A DNA stretch of 64,000 nucleotides from Adineta vaga (taxonomy: Eukaryota > Animalia > Rotifera). How positions within the stretch are numbered: position 1 is the first letter of the stretch; every line of letters begins with the position of its first letter. This document shows positions 1-13,065 of the stretch, in pieces. Where the stretch lies: contig CP075493.1 of assembly GCA_021613535.1 (NCBI GenBank), positions 14,508,001 to 14,572,000 on the forward strand, read 5' to 3'. Position numbers and translations under genes: made by a program. The notes under the pieces are model-generated. The model had not been told where the DNA came from. It did not search any database and saw only the letters and a program-made list of their open reading frames with translations.

Positions 1-32
1 TAATTCAAATAAGTATTTGGAACGAAATTATT

Positions 33-434
33 ATGGGTAACACAAAAAGCACAATAACTGGAGAATTTGAAGTTTACGTCTTGTATAAGACTCTTGGCAC
101 AGATTCATACACGGGTTTGGGTGATCGTCGTATTTCACATCATATATGTTTGTTGAAATCAACAAAAACTGGTAAATATTATTATTCAGAATTGGAAACA
201 GATGATCCTATTAAGCAAGGTACCATCAAAATAAAATTTGGTGAATATTCATTCTTTCCAGGTCCTATTAATTATGACACTATAGGCTATACAGATAGAA
301 CGATAGATGAAATGAAGGAATTTGTTGAGAACAACAACTATGAGGGAGCAATTTATAATTTATTCCTCAATAATTGTCAGCATTACGTACGAGCTTTTAT
401 TCATTTCTTAAATATAAAGGGTTCTTTTGGCTGA
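33..434 (+). CDS. Permuted papain-fold (PPPDE/DeSI/LRAT-like) putative peptidase, single exon
   Basis: His motif (ISHHICLL) precedes Y-N-L-x-x-N-N-C-Q-H-Y, the PPPDE/LRAT-type catalytic Cys signature. The N-terminus MGNTKS fits the myristoylation consensus. Confidence 0.6.
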   Translation: MGNTKSTITGEFEVYVLYKTLGTDSYTGLGDRRISHHICLLKSTKTGKYYYSELETDDPIKQGTIKIKFGEYSFFPGPINYDTIGYTDRTIDEMKEFVENNNYEGAIYNLFLNNCQHYVRAFIHFLNIKGSFG

Positions 435-1611
435 TCTGAATTTACTCAATTTGCTGAAAATCCATCCAAAATTCATGTACACCATGCCTGTAGAGAGCTT
501 CTATGAAAACTAGCTGTTAAAAATTTTTATTCGTTCTTTGAAACTATTACAAATAAATTGATAGTTCAATTGAATATACTTCTGTGCGCGATCATATGGT
601 TCATGAATATGTTATTAACGACTGTATACGGACCATCTCATGGGTGCCTATTTCTATGTCATGTTACTCTTTTTTTTGCCTCTTTTTTACTTTCATCACA
701 GATAGCATCCTAATAATGATTTCCGTATAAGTTTGTCTACAGTTAACTCACCCTTTTGTCATCTTTCGGTAGTCGTAACTCAAGAACACATAGCTACTAT
801 AGTGCTGAAATTTATCATTTCATGAGATAATTAGATGCCCTACGTTAGCTAGAAATTTCACTTTATTAGGCTGCCCTATTACAATTCTGTAGCCTCAGAA
901 AATCCCGGTAACGGACTCACCATGATTTGTTAAATTCTTTCAGTTTCAAAGTTTATGCATACATTCTTTGGGAGCAACCTCTGAACAACTTCGACCATAG
1001 GTTCACAAACTTACACATTCACCCCAGTTATCACATACAGAACTATCGGACGTGGACATTTAAAAAATTATGTTATCATAGAACAATTAAAGAACAATGT
1101 GTTTATTCTCTTTTTTTCTAATGAAAAAGTTCATGAGAGTGTTACTGATCACAATATCAAGCAAAATAAGTGACATAAAGAATCATTCTCTGATTTATAC
1201 ATTTACGTGAAAGCAATAAGTTTACCTAGGATGTATCAACTAGATTCTTAGTATGAAATAAATGTTTTAGAAGTTCTAAAACATCGCTTGTAAAACATGT
1301 GAGTATTTTCACTTTAGGAATATGCCTGTGTCAATATCTAAGAAAGACATGTATAAAACGCTATCATATAAAGCAATTATTTTATTGAAATTTTCAACAA
1401 AATAATCAAGGCAAATCAATCGTAAGAAAATATGACTATTGAATCAAGAAAAAAAAAGAAAAGAAAGATAGTACGCATTGATGCGAAAAGAAAAACATAA
1501 CCTTATGATCATTGACATGTTTTTATCAAAATAAGAAAAGTACATACTTTTCGAATGATAATATTATCAAGTATATAAAAACGATTTTATATTATTATAT
1601 TTTTAATATAA

Positions 1612-2212
1612 ATGGCTAGCAACAATAATATTCAAGCATTCAAAGGCAGTTGGGATTATGTAAGTTTTTGTATGAAAAAAGTTCTGAAAAAATTAAATTT
1701 CTTTCTTTTAATTGAAACTCAGATAGATGGAGATAATTTGGACGAAATTTTAAAAGCAATCGGCCTGAACAAAGTTATACGTACACTTGCAAAGACTGTT
1801 AAACCTCGTCTTGTTATAGAAGAAAAAAATGGAAAATGGACATTTAAAAATGAATCAAAAATCAAAACTTCATCATTTGAATTTACACCTGATGTTGAAT
1901 TTGAAGACTCATTACCAAATGGAGACAAAATGACGGTTAATATTATTTATTTAAGAATTTGAAAAACAAAGAAAATTTTCTATTCCTTTTAAAGGCAACT
2001 GTTCATTTTGATCAAAATGGCAAATGGATACAAAATATTCGATATCAAAATGGAGCACAAATGTTAGTACAACGGTGGATTAATGATAAAGATCAATTAG
2101 AAAATGTAAATTTTATTTTATTTTTAGATGTATTATTACTTATTTTTCTTTATTCTAGGCTATGGAATGTGGAAATCTTAAAGCTAATCAAGTATATAAA
2201 CGTGTTTCTTAA
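1612..2212 (+). CDS. Cytosolic fatty-acid binding protein (FABP/iLBP family), 4 exons
   Basis: Exons 1612-1659, 1723-1935, 1995-2105, 2159-2212 with GT-AG introns give FKGSWDYIDGDNLDEILKAIGL...FEFTPDVEFEDSLPNG...QVYKRVS*, the classic FABP pattern. Confidence 0.9.
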
Positions 2213-2666
2213 TCATAGAAATTTGTTATTATTTACTTTTTAACATAAACTCGATTAATTGACAAAAATTTTGATTTTTTTTAACAATCTATTAGAATAC
2301 ATATTTTATTTAAAATAAATCTAAAGTTTAAACACTTACTTTGTCTTTGTAGCAGAGGTACTTCGTATCTACACACTTTTTTAACGTATACTACTGCTTC
2401 ATCGTTTTTCATCTATGAAGAATATATTTTTTGAAATTATGTAATAATATACTGATGAGTAATATATTAAGATCGATGGGCGTGTAACGCAAAACACGTC
2501 ATATCGACAACTTCCTTCTCTTTTAACGTGAAGAAAAAACCAATGCGTTTAAGTAATTACGATGAAATTAGTTATGATGGTAAATTTACCATATTATAAA
2601 ATGATATAAATACAGATATCTCTTCTTGGTTTTTCTTCAATTGTTTCAATAATATACAATAAAACG

Positions 2667-3617
2667 ATGATGTGGAATCATTACCGGATGAATATAAATC
2701 CAAATTATGTTGGTGCAAGAGATCAATATCAATATCACAGACGACTTTTCTCCTTTCCAGTACAACCATTGCCATCCAGAGTTGATCTACGCCGATTTAT
2801 GACGGATGTTGAAGATCAACGAAAGATGAATACATGGTAAATATTGTTATAACCAAAAAATAGTTAGTATTGATTTATCATATTGTTTCAGTTGTGCAAA
2901 TGCATTTGTCGGTATATATGAATATCTAATAAAACGGACGACAGGTTATTATATTGATGTATCTCGTTTATTTATTAATTTTAATGGTCAAATAAGAACA
3001 CAATATGGACGTCTAATTACAGATTTAGGTGTTAATCAAAGAGATATTGCATTAGGTATAAGAGAATATGGAGTTTGTAAAGAAACAAGTTGGCCATATA
3101 AAGAGAATTTTTTGAATGTGATGCCATCTCGTAATGCATATGAAGAAGCAAACCGTTATACAGTTATTTTACTTCGTGTTCCAATTGATATTCTTGCTAT
3201 TGAAATATGTTTACAAAATGGTGTACCAGTTCCTATCGATATTATATTAGATGACGATACATCAAATAATATCATAATGAATAATGGTTACTTAGTGATA
3301 CGTCAACTTAATGATCAATCGATTAATAGACGTGCTTTTCATACTGTTGTTATTGTTGGTTATGATCGACAAACACGACATTTTATCGTACGAAACTCTT
3401 GGGGATCGAACTGGGTAAGTGAAATCGTTTTATATCGAATTATATTTCTATAAACTCACAATTTTAGGGTGATCGAGGTTATTTCTACATGCCATATGAT
3501 TTTATATATAGTCGTCTTCGTGTCAATTATAAATATGCTCTATGGACTATTGTAGAAATTATACCGCGCGGAACAAAATTACCCAGCGTACTTCAGTTAG
3601 TTGTACCTGAGTCTTGA
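2667..3617 (+). CDS. Papain-family (C1A) cysteine protease, bacterial/xylellain-like type, with introns
   Basis: Reads LPSRVDLRRFMTDVEDQRKMNTCCANAF (catalytic Cys across intron 2837-2891), SRLFI, GVCKETSWPY, FHTVVIVGYD and RNSWGSNW|GDRGYFYMPY (intron 3415-3467). The start may be further upstream, at ATG 2562. Confidence 0.85.
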
Positions 3618-5354
3618 CGAATGCTTACACACTTTTTCTTTTCAATGTATGTACCTAATAAACATATTCCAACGAATTATTTTTCTAATAGTCAAAATTA
3701 AATACGTGTATTTTATACCACTTCTCACAATATGAACGAATTATTCAGAACAAAAAAGTGAATATTTCACATAAATAATTGAGCTGTCATTAAAATGAAA
3801 AAAAGAAGTAGACTAGATATTCACTCGATTTGTAACAAATAGCTTTGCATTATTACTTTCTTCTCATGAATGCCGACATACCACATTAAATACCTTTCAT
3901 TTCCTATACAAGTCATAACTTATCGATCAGTAACCATCTGAACTACAGATCGTTTTCCGTAAAAACGTTTTTTAATAATATAAATGCTAGAATATCGTTA
4001 ATTTTATAATTAACAAAGCGGAACTTTTTATCATTCTTTTGTCGTTATCAATATAGTTTCCGGGGGAAAACAAAACTTGGCTACTATGCATAAGTCAATA
4101 ACTAATTCTGAACTATCATTTAAATTAGTGAAAAAAAGGCAACTGTACAATGCGGTCAAAACAAATTCTATAGATCATAATGATAAAGATGTTTGATAAA
4201 AACGAAGATCGTTCATCTGATGCTATTTATTATTCAACTGAATTAATTGATATTTAATACATTCTAACGCATTCACAAATATGTTCAATATACTAATTGA
4301 ATTAAACATCTTCTTCTTAGTAATAATCCTAAATTTCAATGCATCTTACTATCCAAAAATTAATCTTTGAAAATAGTATTTGTTTCGCGAAATTTTGAAG
4401 AACGTTTTGATATTTATAAATATCGAAAAGAATAATTTTTCTCAGCATATGACATGAATTATTTTCAAACTTAGTTTTTCTACTCAAGGTTTGATAAACT
4501 CATCTTTTTGAATTGAAATATAATAGGTAATTCGAGAAAGAAAATCAAAGATAGCTTGCAAAGAAACTATTTTTTCATTATAGGATCAAATATGAAAATC
4601 CGTACTTAAACAGACTGGAGAAAAAGAATCATAGAGAAACAAACAATATGATTGGTGATTGAATTATTGAATGTTCTTAATTGAAAATCATTATGCAAAG
4701 GCAACGCTTATCCACTCGGAGCGGTTAACATCAGCGTTCCACTCCAAAAATATCTGTTTTTTATTAATGTCGGCATGAATCCTATGGATAAATATAGAAT
4801 TTTTTGTGAACTTGAACATAAACCTACACGAATGTTTCATTAATATAATAGGGAATGTTACCGGGAGCAGCTAGTCGTTCGTCAGCACCTCTATGTGGCG
4901 CCAATACACAGATTTACAAGAGAGAAAAGCAAGACTTCTTTACTTCAAAAACTGTTTCATGTATAAGTAAAGTACGCAGAAACACACTATCATAGAAGTC
5001 TATGGATTTCCTAAATTTTTTGACGTTTGATCCTGACACAAACATACAAACTATTTTTCTTTCATATGACTCTCCTAACATACTCAAGGGGAATTAAAGT
5101 TTATTTGCTTTTGTGTAATATTATAAATATTGTATAGATATATTCTTAGTTAACATGAGAAAAAAGTAAGGATAACATAACACAACCTTTTGAAAGTACT
5201 GATCATTAAAAATTGATGAAGTTTTTTACTTTAAAAACAATTCCGTTATGTCATAGTTTTAGATAAAATATAAGTAAAGTTGGCATCACATTCGAGTAAT
5301 TATTGTTTGAAATCATTTAACAATAATAAAATATTGATTTGAATTGTATCCTAA

Positions 5355-6843
5355 TTAGCATAAATTTAAAAGAACATTCAAAGTAAAATTAGCATCCGAA
5401 GTAACAGCAATATCAATTTTTCCATCAGAATTAAAATCTCCTGTCGTTATATCAATAATATAAAGATCAGTTGATAATGTTTGGTAAGAAAGAAATGTTC
5501 CATCTTGATTATTTAATAAAATATAAATAAAAGAATCATCATTATTCGAAGCAATAATATCAATAAATGAATCATTGTTTAAATCAGCTGTTTTAACTGG
5601 TATTGGAGCATAACCAATATAATATGCATCACGTTTATAAAAATGTCCTTGTCCATCATTAAATAAAACTCCAACAGAAGATGAACCATGATTAGCAGTA
5701 ACAATATCAATAAAATAATCATTATTTAAATCAGCAACGGTTATTCCCCATGGTGCAATTCCAGTTGAATATGTTTTTCTAGGTTTAAAAAATCCATTTT
5801 TATCATTAATATAAAGACTAATTGTATTATCACTATAATCAGCAACAACAAAATCTGGATAGGAATCATCATTAAAATCTGCAATTGATACAGCTGTACA
5901 ATCATGACCAGCTTGATAAATTTTTGAATGACTAAATGAAAAATTATTATAATCATAGAAAACAGTTACAGAAGCATCATGATCATTAACAACAACAATA
6001 TCAGATAAAGAATTTTTATTAAAATCTGAAATATCAAGCCAATATGGATAATATTCTATTGGATCATTTCCAACTAAATATTCTTTTATTGAACTAAATT
6101 TACGATTTCCATTATTAATTACGATACCAATTGTACTTGTAAAAAGAAAAGGTATTATTATATCAGATTTATTATCATTATTTATGTCTTTAATTGAAAT
6201 ATAAACAGGATTTTTAGGAGTAACATATACTATTGCTTGATGAAATGAACCATTTCCCATACCATAATGAATTCCAATACTACTACTACTTCGATAAACA
6301 ACAACAATGTCAAGATAAAGATCTTCATCTAAATAAGCAGAAGTAAGTGACCAAGGAGTAATACCCGTTGAATAAGATGAATAATTCAGAAAATGTATTG
6401 GATTGCATTGAATAACTAAAAGATTTTTCTTAATCAAATAAATAAACTTTTTTTTTTAATAAAATTACAATAATTACTGCTAGAAATATTTCTCGACTTT
6501 GTTGTGATCACTAAATAAAATCTTTTTTATTTAGAATTCTATTCGTTCTTTGTTATCTTCTTACTTTCAGTTGAAATTAATTTACTTTGAGTTGTTCTTG
6601 TCGATCTCTTGAAGATCATTGTTGTTTCTATTTGTAATGGAAAGATATAATCTATACTGACTGATATTAGAAATCGTATAGAACTTTCAAAAAAATAGTT
6701 TCATTTATATTCGAAGTGTAAAAAGAATTTTACTTGACAAAAATATTCTTCTTACCAATATTAGATTCAGTATCAATGAAGGAAAAGACTGCTTGAATAC
6801 GAATGAAGATAACAAGAATAATAATGATAATAATGATAAACAT
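5355..6843 (-). CDS. Secreted FG-GAP/VCBS repeat beta-propeller protein
   Basis: About 7 repeats of D-F/L-N-N-D-x-x-x-D-I-V-x-A-N in ORF 5355-6437. Upstream small exons start at ATG 6843 and encode a hydrophobic signal peptide (MFIIIIIILVIFIRIQAVFS). Confidence 0.85.
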
Positions 6844-7360
6844 TGGGATTAAAAAACAATTCCAAAGAAAAAATCGAGATATTTTCGATATATGAATGTT
6901 TCTATAAGAAATTTATATTAAAAGAAAAATATTCATTTTCACAATTAAAAGATTACTTTGAAGTCGAATTTTCTTCATCTGATGATAGTTTTTCCATTGA
7001 TATTTTGTACTATGTATTCAAATATACAAGATTTCTTTTTGTCAAATATTTTATTAACTTATTTCAAACTGATGATATTGTTCGCGAGAAAAAAATTCAA
7101 GAAAAAAAACCTATTAACATATTGTGAAGGAATATACGCGTCGTTCTATTTAATTACTCGAATAGTTTTACGCCAGAAAGAAAGAAAAATCAAATAATTA
7201 CTTTCCTATGATATAGAATAGATTTTTCTTCTTACCAATGAATATAACTAAAATAGATCATCATTCTTTGTCTACAATGTCATTTTTATCTAGTCATAGG
7301 AAAATTAATCGATAGATATTCAAGAAGCATACTAAACAATTGTTTTAAATAAGAGAGAAA

Positions 7361-10300
7361 ATGTTCATTTTCTCGAAACAATTCATTACAAACAAACGAG
7401 TTCTGGATGCTTGGACTGTAACCCTTTTTTCTTCACAATTGAACGCTTTTTTTTCAAACTAACATTTAGTAAATCATTTTCTTTCTTCTTACCATATAGG
7501 AAACAAACAATACAAAATATTTCTTTTGGATCGTAAATGTTCGTCCGTATACAAACTTCAATATAAACAGTATGTATCTTTTCTTTATGTGTGCAAATCG
7601 AGAAAAATATACAAATAATCTTTATAGTCTCAACATTAATGTCTCATTATTTATTTTAGTGATGAATATTCGACGATCTCTCTCTCATTTTTTCCATAAA
7701 TCTGAACTTTTCTTTTTAACTTTCAATCTATTTCCATCTATTCCTCCAACTACTGATCAACATGAACTTCGTCATCAACGTATTTCAACAAAATTATTTA
7801 TCTTTCTTCTCACTATATCATTATCTATTTTACTTTTATACACTTCATTAATAAACATTACTCAAACTATTTCCATCAAAACACCTTCTATTATACAATA
7901 TTCACAACTTTATCATCGACATGGTCAATCATTAATGTGTGATTGTACACATATATCAGTTAATTATGAAAAGTTTATTCATATTGATTATACTTTACAT
8001 CAAGTATGTCAAAGTGATTTTGTTACAAAACAATGGACAACTTATCTAGCTCAAACACCGGGAAACGATGGTGATTTCTATGATAACTTTCGAATATTAA
8101 GTTCCTATGCATTTCAGGCTTTAAATACATTTTGTATATTAGTAAATCAAACAATATCAAATCGTTTAGTTGAATTTTATTCTACACAATATGTAAGTGC
8201 ATCTGTAACATCACTCAATGTATTTCAATCACAAACGAATGCATTGATTTCACAATTTATTTCATCAACCAGAGCTGATTTTCTAATCTCACTAACAATG
8301 ATACGTAATACAACGCAAAGTAATGCTTTAGTTTCTGGACAATTTACTAATTATCGATTATATGTGACAATAAATGGTCCATTATTTTCTAAATCTATTT
8401 GGTATGATGATTGTGTATGTGCTTCATCTGCTACATGTACTGATCAATGTACCATTATCAATTATCCTGATTTCACAAAAACATTTTTTGTCCCCGGTTT
8501 CTATTTGGGATGTTATATAGTTGAAGCATTATTTCATTCGACTTTTCAATGCTTCTTCGATCAAAATTGCATCGATGAAATAAAATTTTATTTAGATCCA
8601 TCAAAATCTTTTAATGTTACAGCACTTGATAGTTCTTTATCGATACGTTTTGTTGAAGATTCAACAATTGAAAATATTCTTAATGAATTAATGATTGAAG
8701 AATGGAATACTTCGAGTACATATGAAAACTATTATAATGAATGTCAACCATCACAATGTATTTATACTGAAACAACAAAGAATAATGTTATTTATATTGT
8801 AACTGCAATGATTGGACTTCTTGGTGGTTTAATTGCAGTTTTGCGAGTCATCGTTCCATCTGGAGTGGCTTTTATAAGTAAACATTTATTCAAAATAAAT
8901 ATATCAAAGAACGGTAAGATATTAAAATACATCTTTTTATCCAATTTGTGTTTGAGATCACATTCAAATTATAGAAGAACGGTCAAAAGAAACACCAAAA
9001 TATACCATTTTACATAGAATAAAACATTTTCTGTTTACATTCAATTTATTTCCATCTATTCCTCCAACTACTGATCAACATGAACTTCGTCATCAACTTA
9101 TTTCAACAAGATTGTTTATCCTTCTTCTCACTATATCATTATCTATTTTGCTTTTATACACTTCATTAATAAACATTACTCAAACTATTTCCATCAAAAC
9201 ACCGTCTATTAAACAATATTCTCAGCTTTATCATCGACATGGTCAATCATTAATGTGTGATTGTACACATATATCAGTTAATTATGAAAAGTTTATTCAT
9301 ATAGATTATACTTTACATCAAGTATGTCAAAGTGATTTTGTTACACAACAATGGATTAATTCTCTTAGATTACTTGGTGGTGGTCTCGCGTATCATACGG
9401 ATTTTCGAGTAACAGGAATATTTATGTTTCAAGCTTTAAACACATTTTGTACACTCGTCGATCAAACAATATCAAATCGATTAATACAATTTTATTCTAC
9501 ACAATATATCAGTGCATCTGTTATTCCATCCAATGTGTTTGAAACACAGACAAAAACATTGATTTCACAATTTATTTCATCAACCAGAGCTGGTTTTTTA
9601 GTATCATTAACAATGATACGAAATACAACGCAAAGTAATGCTTTAGTTTCTGGACAATTTACTAATTTCAAATTTAATTATAATAGTCAAAGCGCGCGTA
9701 TTGTTTCTGATTCAGAAAAATATGAAAATTGTACATGTGCTTCATCATCAACATGTATAACACAAGCTTTAATTCTTAATTTGTCCAATTATATAACATT
9801 ATTTTCTGTTCCTGGTATTTATGTTGGATGTTATCCAATTGAATCGTTATTACAATCTAATCTTCAATGTTTTTATAATTATATTTGTATCAGCAGATTA
9901 CAATCTTATTTTAATGAATTTTCATTGATCAATGTAACAGCTCTGAATATCTCTGCATCGAATCGTTTCTTGATCAATTCAACAGTGGAAGAAATTGTCA
10001 ATGAATTAATGGTTGAAGAATGGAATACATCGAATATATATGAAAACTATTATAATGAATGTCAACCATCACAATGTAGTTATACAGAACTGTCAAAGAA
10101 TGGTGCAATTTATATTGCAACAGCAGTGATCGGATTACTCGGAGGTTTAATTACCGTTTTGAAATTTTTAGTACCAAGTTTAGTTATGTTTATCAGTAAA
10201 ACAAGAAAATTTTTTGACTCAGAACATGGTAAGTGTAAAATCATTTATATGAAGAAGAGTATTTGTCTGTTCGCTATGCATTCAGTTCTTGTGATAGCTA

Positions 10301-11849
10301 TGATTAACAAACTTTCTATAGAGTGATTTTCTGAGCCCATCAGTTAGAGATTTAACGAGGGGTGTTTTGATAAAATTTCACCTGATTTTGATTCCTTCAT
10401 TATATTCTCCACGTTAATGTTGGAATAAGGTCCGAGTGAAATTTGTAAGAGAATGGATGGATTTGTAATGCTACATAACGTGAGTTGAACATCTTTTCTT
10501 CATTCACATCATCAAAAAACTATTTGTTTCTTCTGAATATACTAAATTCTGATATGATAAAATCTTTCCTAGAAATTAATTTCAATCATCAAACTCGATT
10601 ATTGTATAAAAAATTTAAAGTTTATTCGACTACTCTCAATCTGTTTCCATCTATTCCTCCAACTACTGATCAACATGAACTTCGTCATCAACTTATTTCA
10701 ACAAGATTGTTTATCCTTCTTCTCACTATATCATTATCTATTTTGCTTTTATACACTTCATTAATAAACATTACTCAAACTATTTCCATCAAATCACCGT
10801 CTATTATACAATATTCTCAGCTTTATCATCGACATGGTCAATCATTAATGTGTGATTGTACACATATATCAGTTAATTATGAAAAATTTATTCATATTGA
10901 TTATACTTTACATCAAGTATGTCAAAGTGATTTTGTTACAAAACAATGGATTGATTATCTAACTACATCAGTTCCAGCTCATACTGTCTATTACATGAAC
11001 TTTAAGGTAACAGGCACGCGTACATTTCAAGCATTGAATTCACTTTGTATGTTAATAAATCAAACAATATCAAATCGTTTAATTGAATTTTATTCTACGC
11101 AATATGTAAGTGCATCTGTAACATCACTCAATGTATTTCAATCACAAACGAATGCATTGATTTCACAATTTATTTCATCAACCAGAGCTGATTTTCTAAT
11201 CTCACTGACAATGATACGAAATATTACTCAAAGCAATAGTTTATTCAATGGCCACTTTACTAATTATGTTTTTTATAAGTCATACGGTACTGCTATGAGA
11301 AGACCACAATTATACAATAATTGTACATGTACTTCATCATCAACATGTATAACACAAGCTTTAATTCTTAATTTGTCCAATTATATAACATTATTTTCTG
11401 TTCCTGGTATTTATGTTGGATGTTATCCAATTGAATCGTTATTACAATCTAATCTTCAATGTTTTTATAATAATATTTGTATCAGCAGATTACAATCTTA
11501 TTTTAATGAATTTTCATTGATCAATGTAACAGCTCTGAATATCTCTGCATCGAATCGTTTCTTGATCAATTCAACAGTGGAAGATATAGTCAATGAATTA
11601 ATGGTTGAAGAATGGAATACATCGAATATATATGAAAACTATTATAATGAATGTCAACCATCACAATGTAGTTATACAGAACTGTCAAAGAATGGTGCAA
11701 TTTATATTGCAACAGCAGTGATCGGATTACTCGGTGGTTTAATTACCGTTTTGAAATTTTTAGTACCACGTTTTGTTGGTTTTATCGTATTTTGTACAAG
11801 AAAATGCAAGCGTAGACGTGTTGAAGTCATTTTAATTGATGATATCTAA
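7361..11849 (+). CDS. Membrane protein with three tandem TM-Cys-rich ectodomain-TM modules (~1300 aa; bdelloid-expanded family)
   Basis: Exons 7361-7417, 7500-7569, 7660-8913, 8975-10228, 10573-11849; the phase-1 introns join ORFs 7572, 9112 and 10485 in frame. Each module has NLFPSIPP...TM1...CDC...VCQSDF...CxC...PGxYxGC...CFY...YYNECQPSQCxY...IGLLGGL (TM2). The two small 5' exons are less certain. Confidence 0.8.
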
Positions 11850-11929
11850 TTGATTATATACACAAATACAATATTTTTATAAATCAAAAGCATACGAAAG
11901 CATCTTTTTAAGTTCAGTTTCATAGAATA

Positions 11930-11987
11930 TCTTGAGGGGATGGGTAGGTAAATGGAGAAGAGCGGACCCATACTCGCACCCTCAAGA
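11930..11987. repeat. Mini inverted-repeat element with telomere-like arms (TCTTGAGGG...CCCTCAAGA)
   Basis: Its right arm ACCCATACTCGCACCCTCAAGA matches 59317-59338 at 21/22 nt. Confidence 0.7.
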
Positions 11988-12071
11988 CAAAGATATATTG
12001 AAGTGAACGGTTTTATATTCATTTCTATGTGAAATAGAATTCTCGAATGAAGAATTGAGGGTGTGGATGTG

Positions 12072-12680
12072 GCCTCAAGTCCACATTCTCATGAACTTCA
12101 TTTTTTCGGTGTCAAGAAAACTAGTTTTTAAAATTTTGTGTCACTATTAAATGATATTGTTGAAAAAGCAATCACAGATTCTGGTAAATCATGAAATTCT
12201 CTGTCATTCTGTTTATTTACTTATTTTCTTGGGTTTCTTGATTGAGAAGAAATTTGAATACAACGAAGATATTCCGAATCGACAAGTACCAAAAATTTGT
12301 ATTTTTTGGTAGTTTTAGAGTTTTACTTTTGAATTTATTATTCATATGAGAAACGTTTTTTGAAAAAGCAATTGTAGATTCTGATAGAGCTTGAAGTTCT
12401 CTATCATTCTATATATTTGTTATACCCGTATTCTATATTCTAGAGAATAATTTCAGCACTACTTAGCACGTTCCTTGACGAGCTCTAGAAACAAATAGTT
12501 TTTTTGTTACTTTGTCCTTCATTTTTCGTTTGAAAAGGTGAGGTTGATAGAGAATTTTAACCTCTATCAGAATCTATAATTTGCTTTTTCAACAATATCA
12601 TTTAATAGTGACACAAAATTTTAAAAACTAGTTTTCATGCCATGGAAAAAATGAAGTCCATGAGAATGTGGACTTGAGGC
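12072..12680. mobile_element. MITE / fold-back element with ~110-bp terminal inverted repeats
   Basis: GCCTCAAGTCCACATTCTCATG...GTGTCACTATTAAATGATATTGTTGAAAAAGCAA at the left is the reverse complement of about 12580-12680. No coding capacity. Confidence 0.85.
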
Positions 12681-12854
12681 TGCTCTCATTGTCCCCAATT
12701 TATTTTGCTAAGATATAAACATCAAATAAAAGACAAATCTATAGGGTGATAGAGAACTCCGTGGGCTTTCAGAATATGTCATTGGTTTTACAGAAGCAGC
12801 TTTTTTCTATGAGAAAAAAGACGAAATACCGACTGTAGGTTTTTTTTCTTTAGG

Positions 12855-13065
12855 GGTATACATGTATATTATGATATTTCACCAATTACTGAAATATGTG
12901 TAATGACGAATACTAATTATGCAAAGTATATTCCAATGTATGCTTTAATTTTTACTTGTTTCGGCCCAATTCTAATAATGATTACTTTTACTTATTTAAC
13001 TCATCATACTATTCAATTAACACGAGCTCTTGCTGAACAAGGAGTTAATAGTCAATTAATACGTA
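12855..13065 (+). pseudogene. Fragment of rhodopsin-class GPCR (ECL2-TM5-ICL3)
   Basis: ISPITEICVMTNTNYAKY...FGPILIMITFTYLT...TRALAEQGVNSQL resembles the bdelloid-expanded class-A GPCRs. The rest of the gene is not recognisable. Confidence 0.5.

Noticed and set aside
2451-2505. Hammerhead ribozyme-like CTGATGAG...AAACACGTC
   Set aside because: There is no GAAA core and stems I/II do not pair. Similar partial matches at about 33092 and 59091 also fail.
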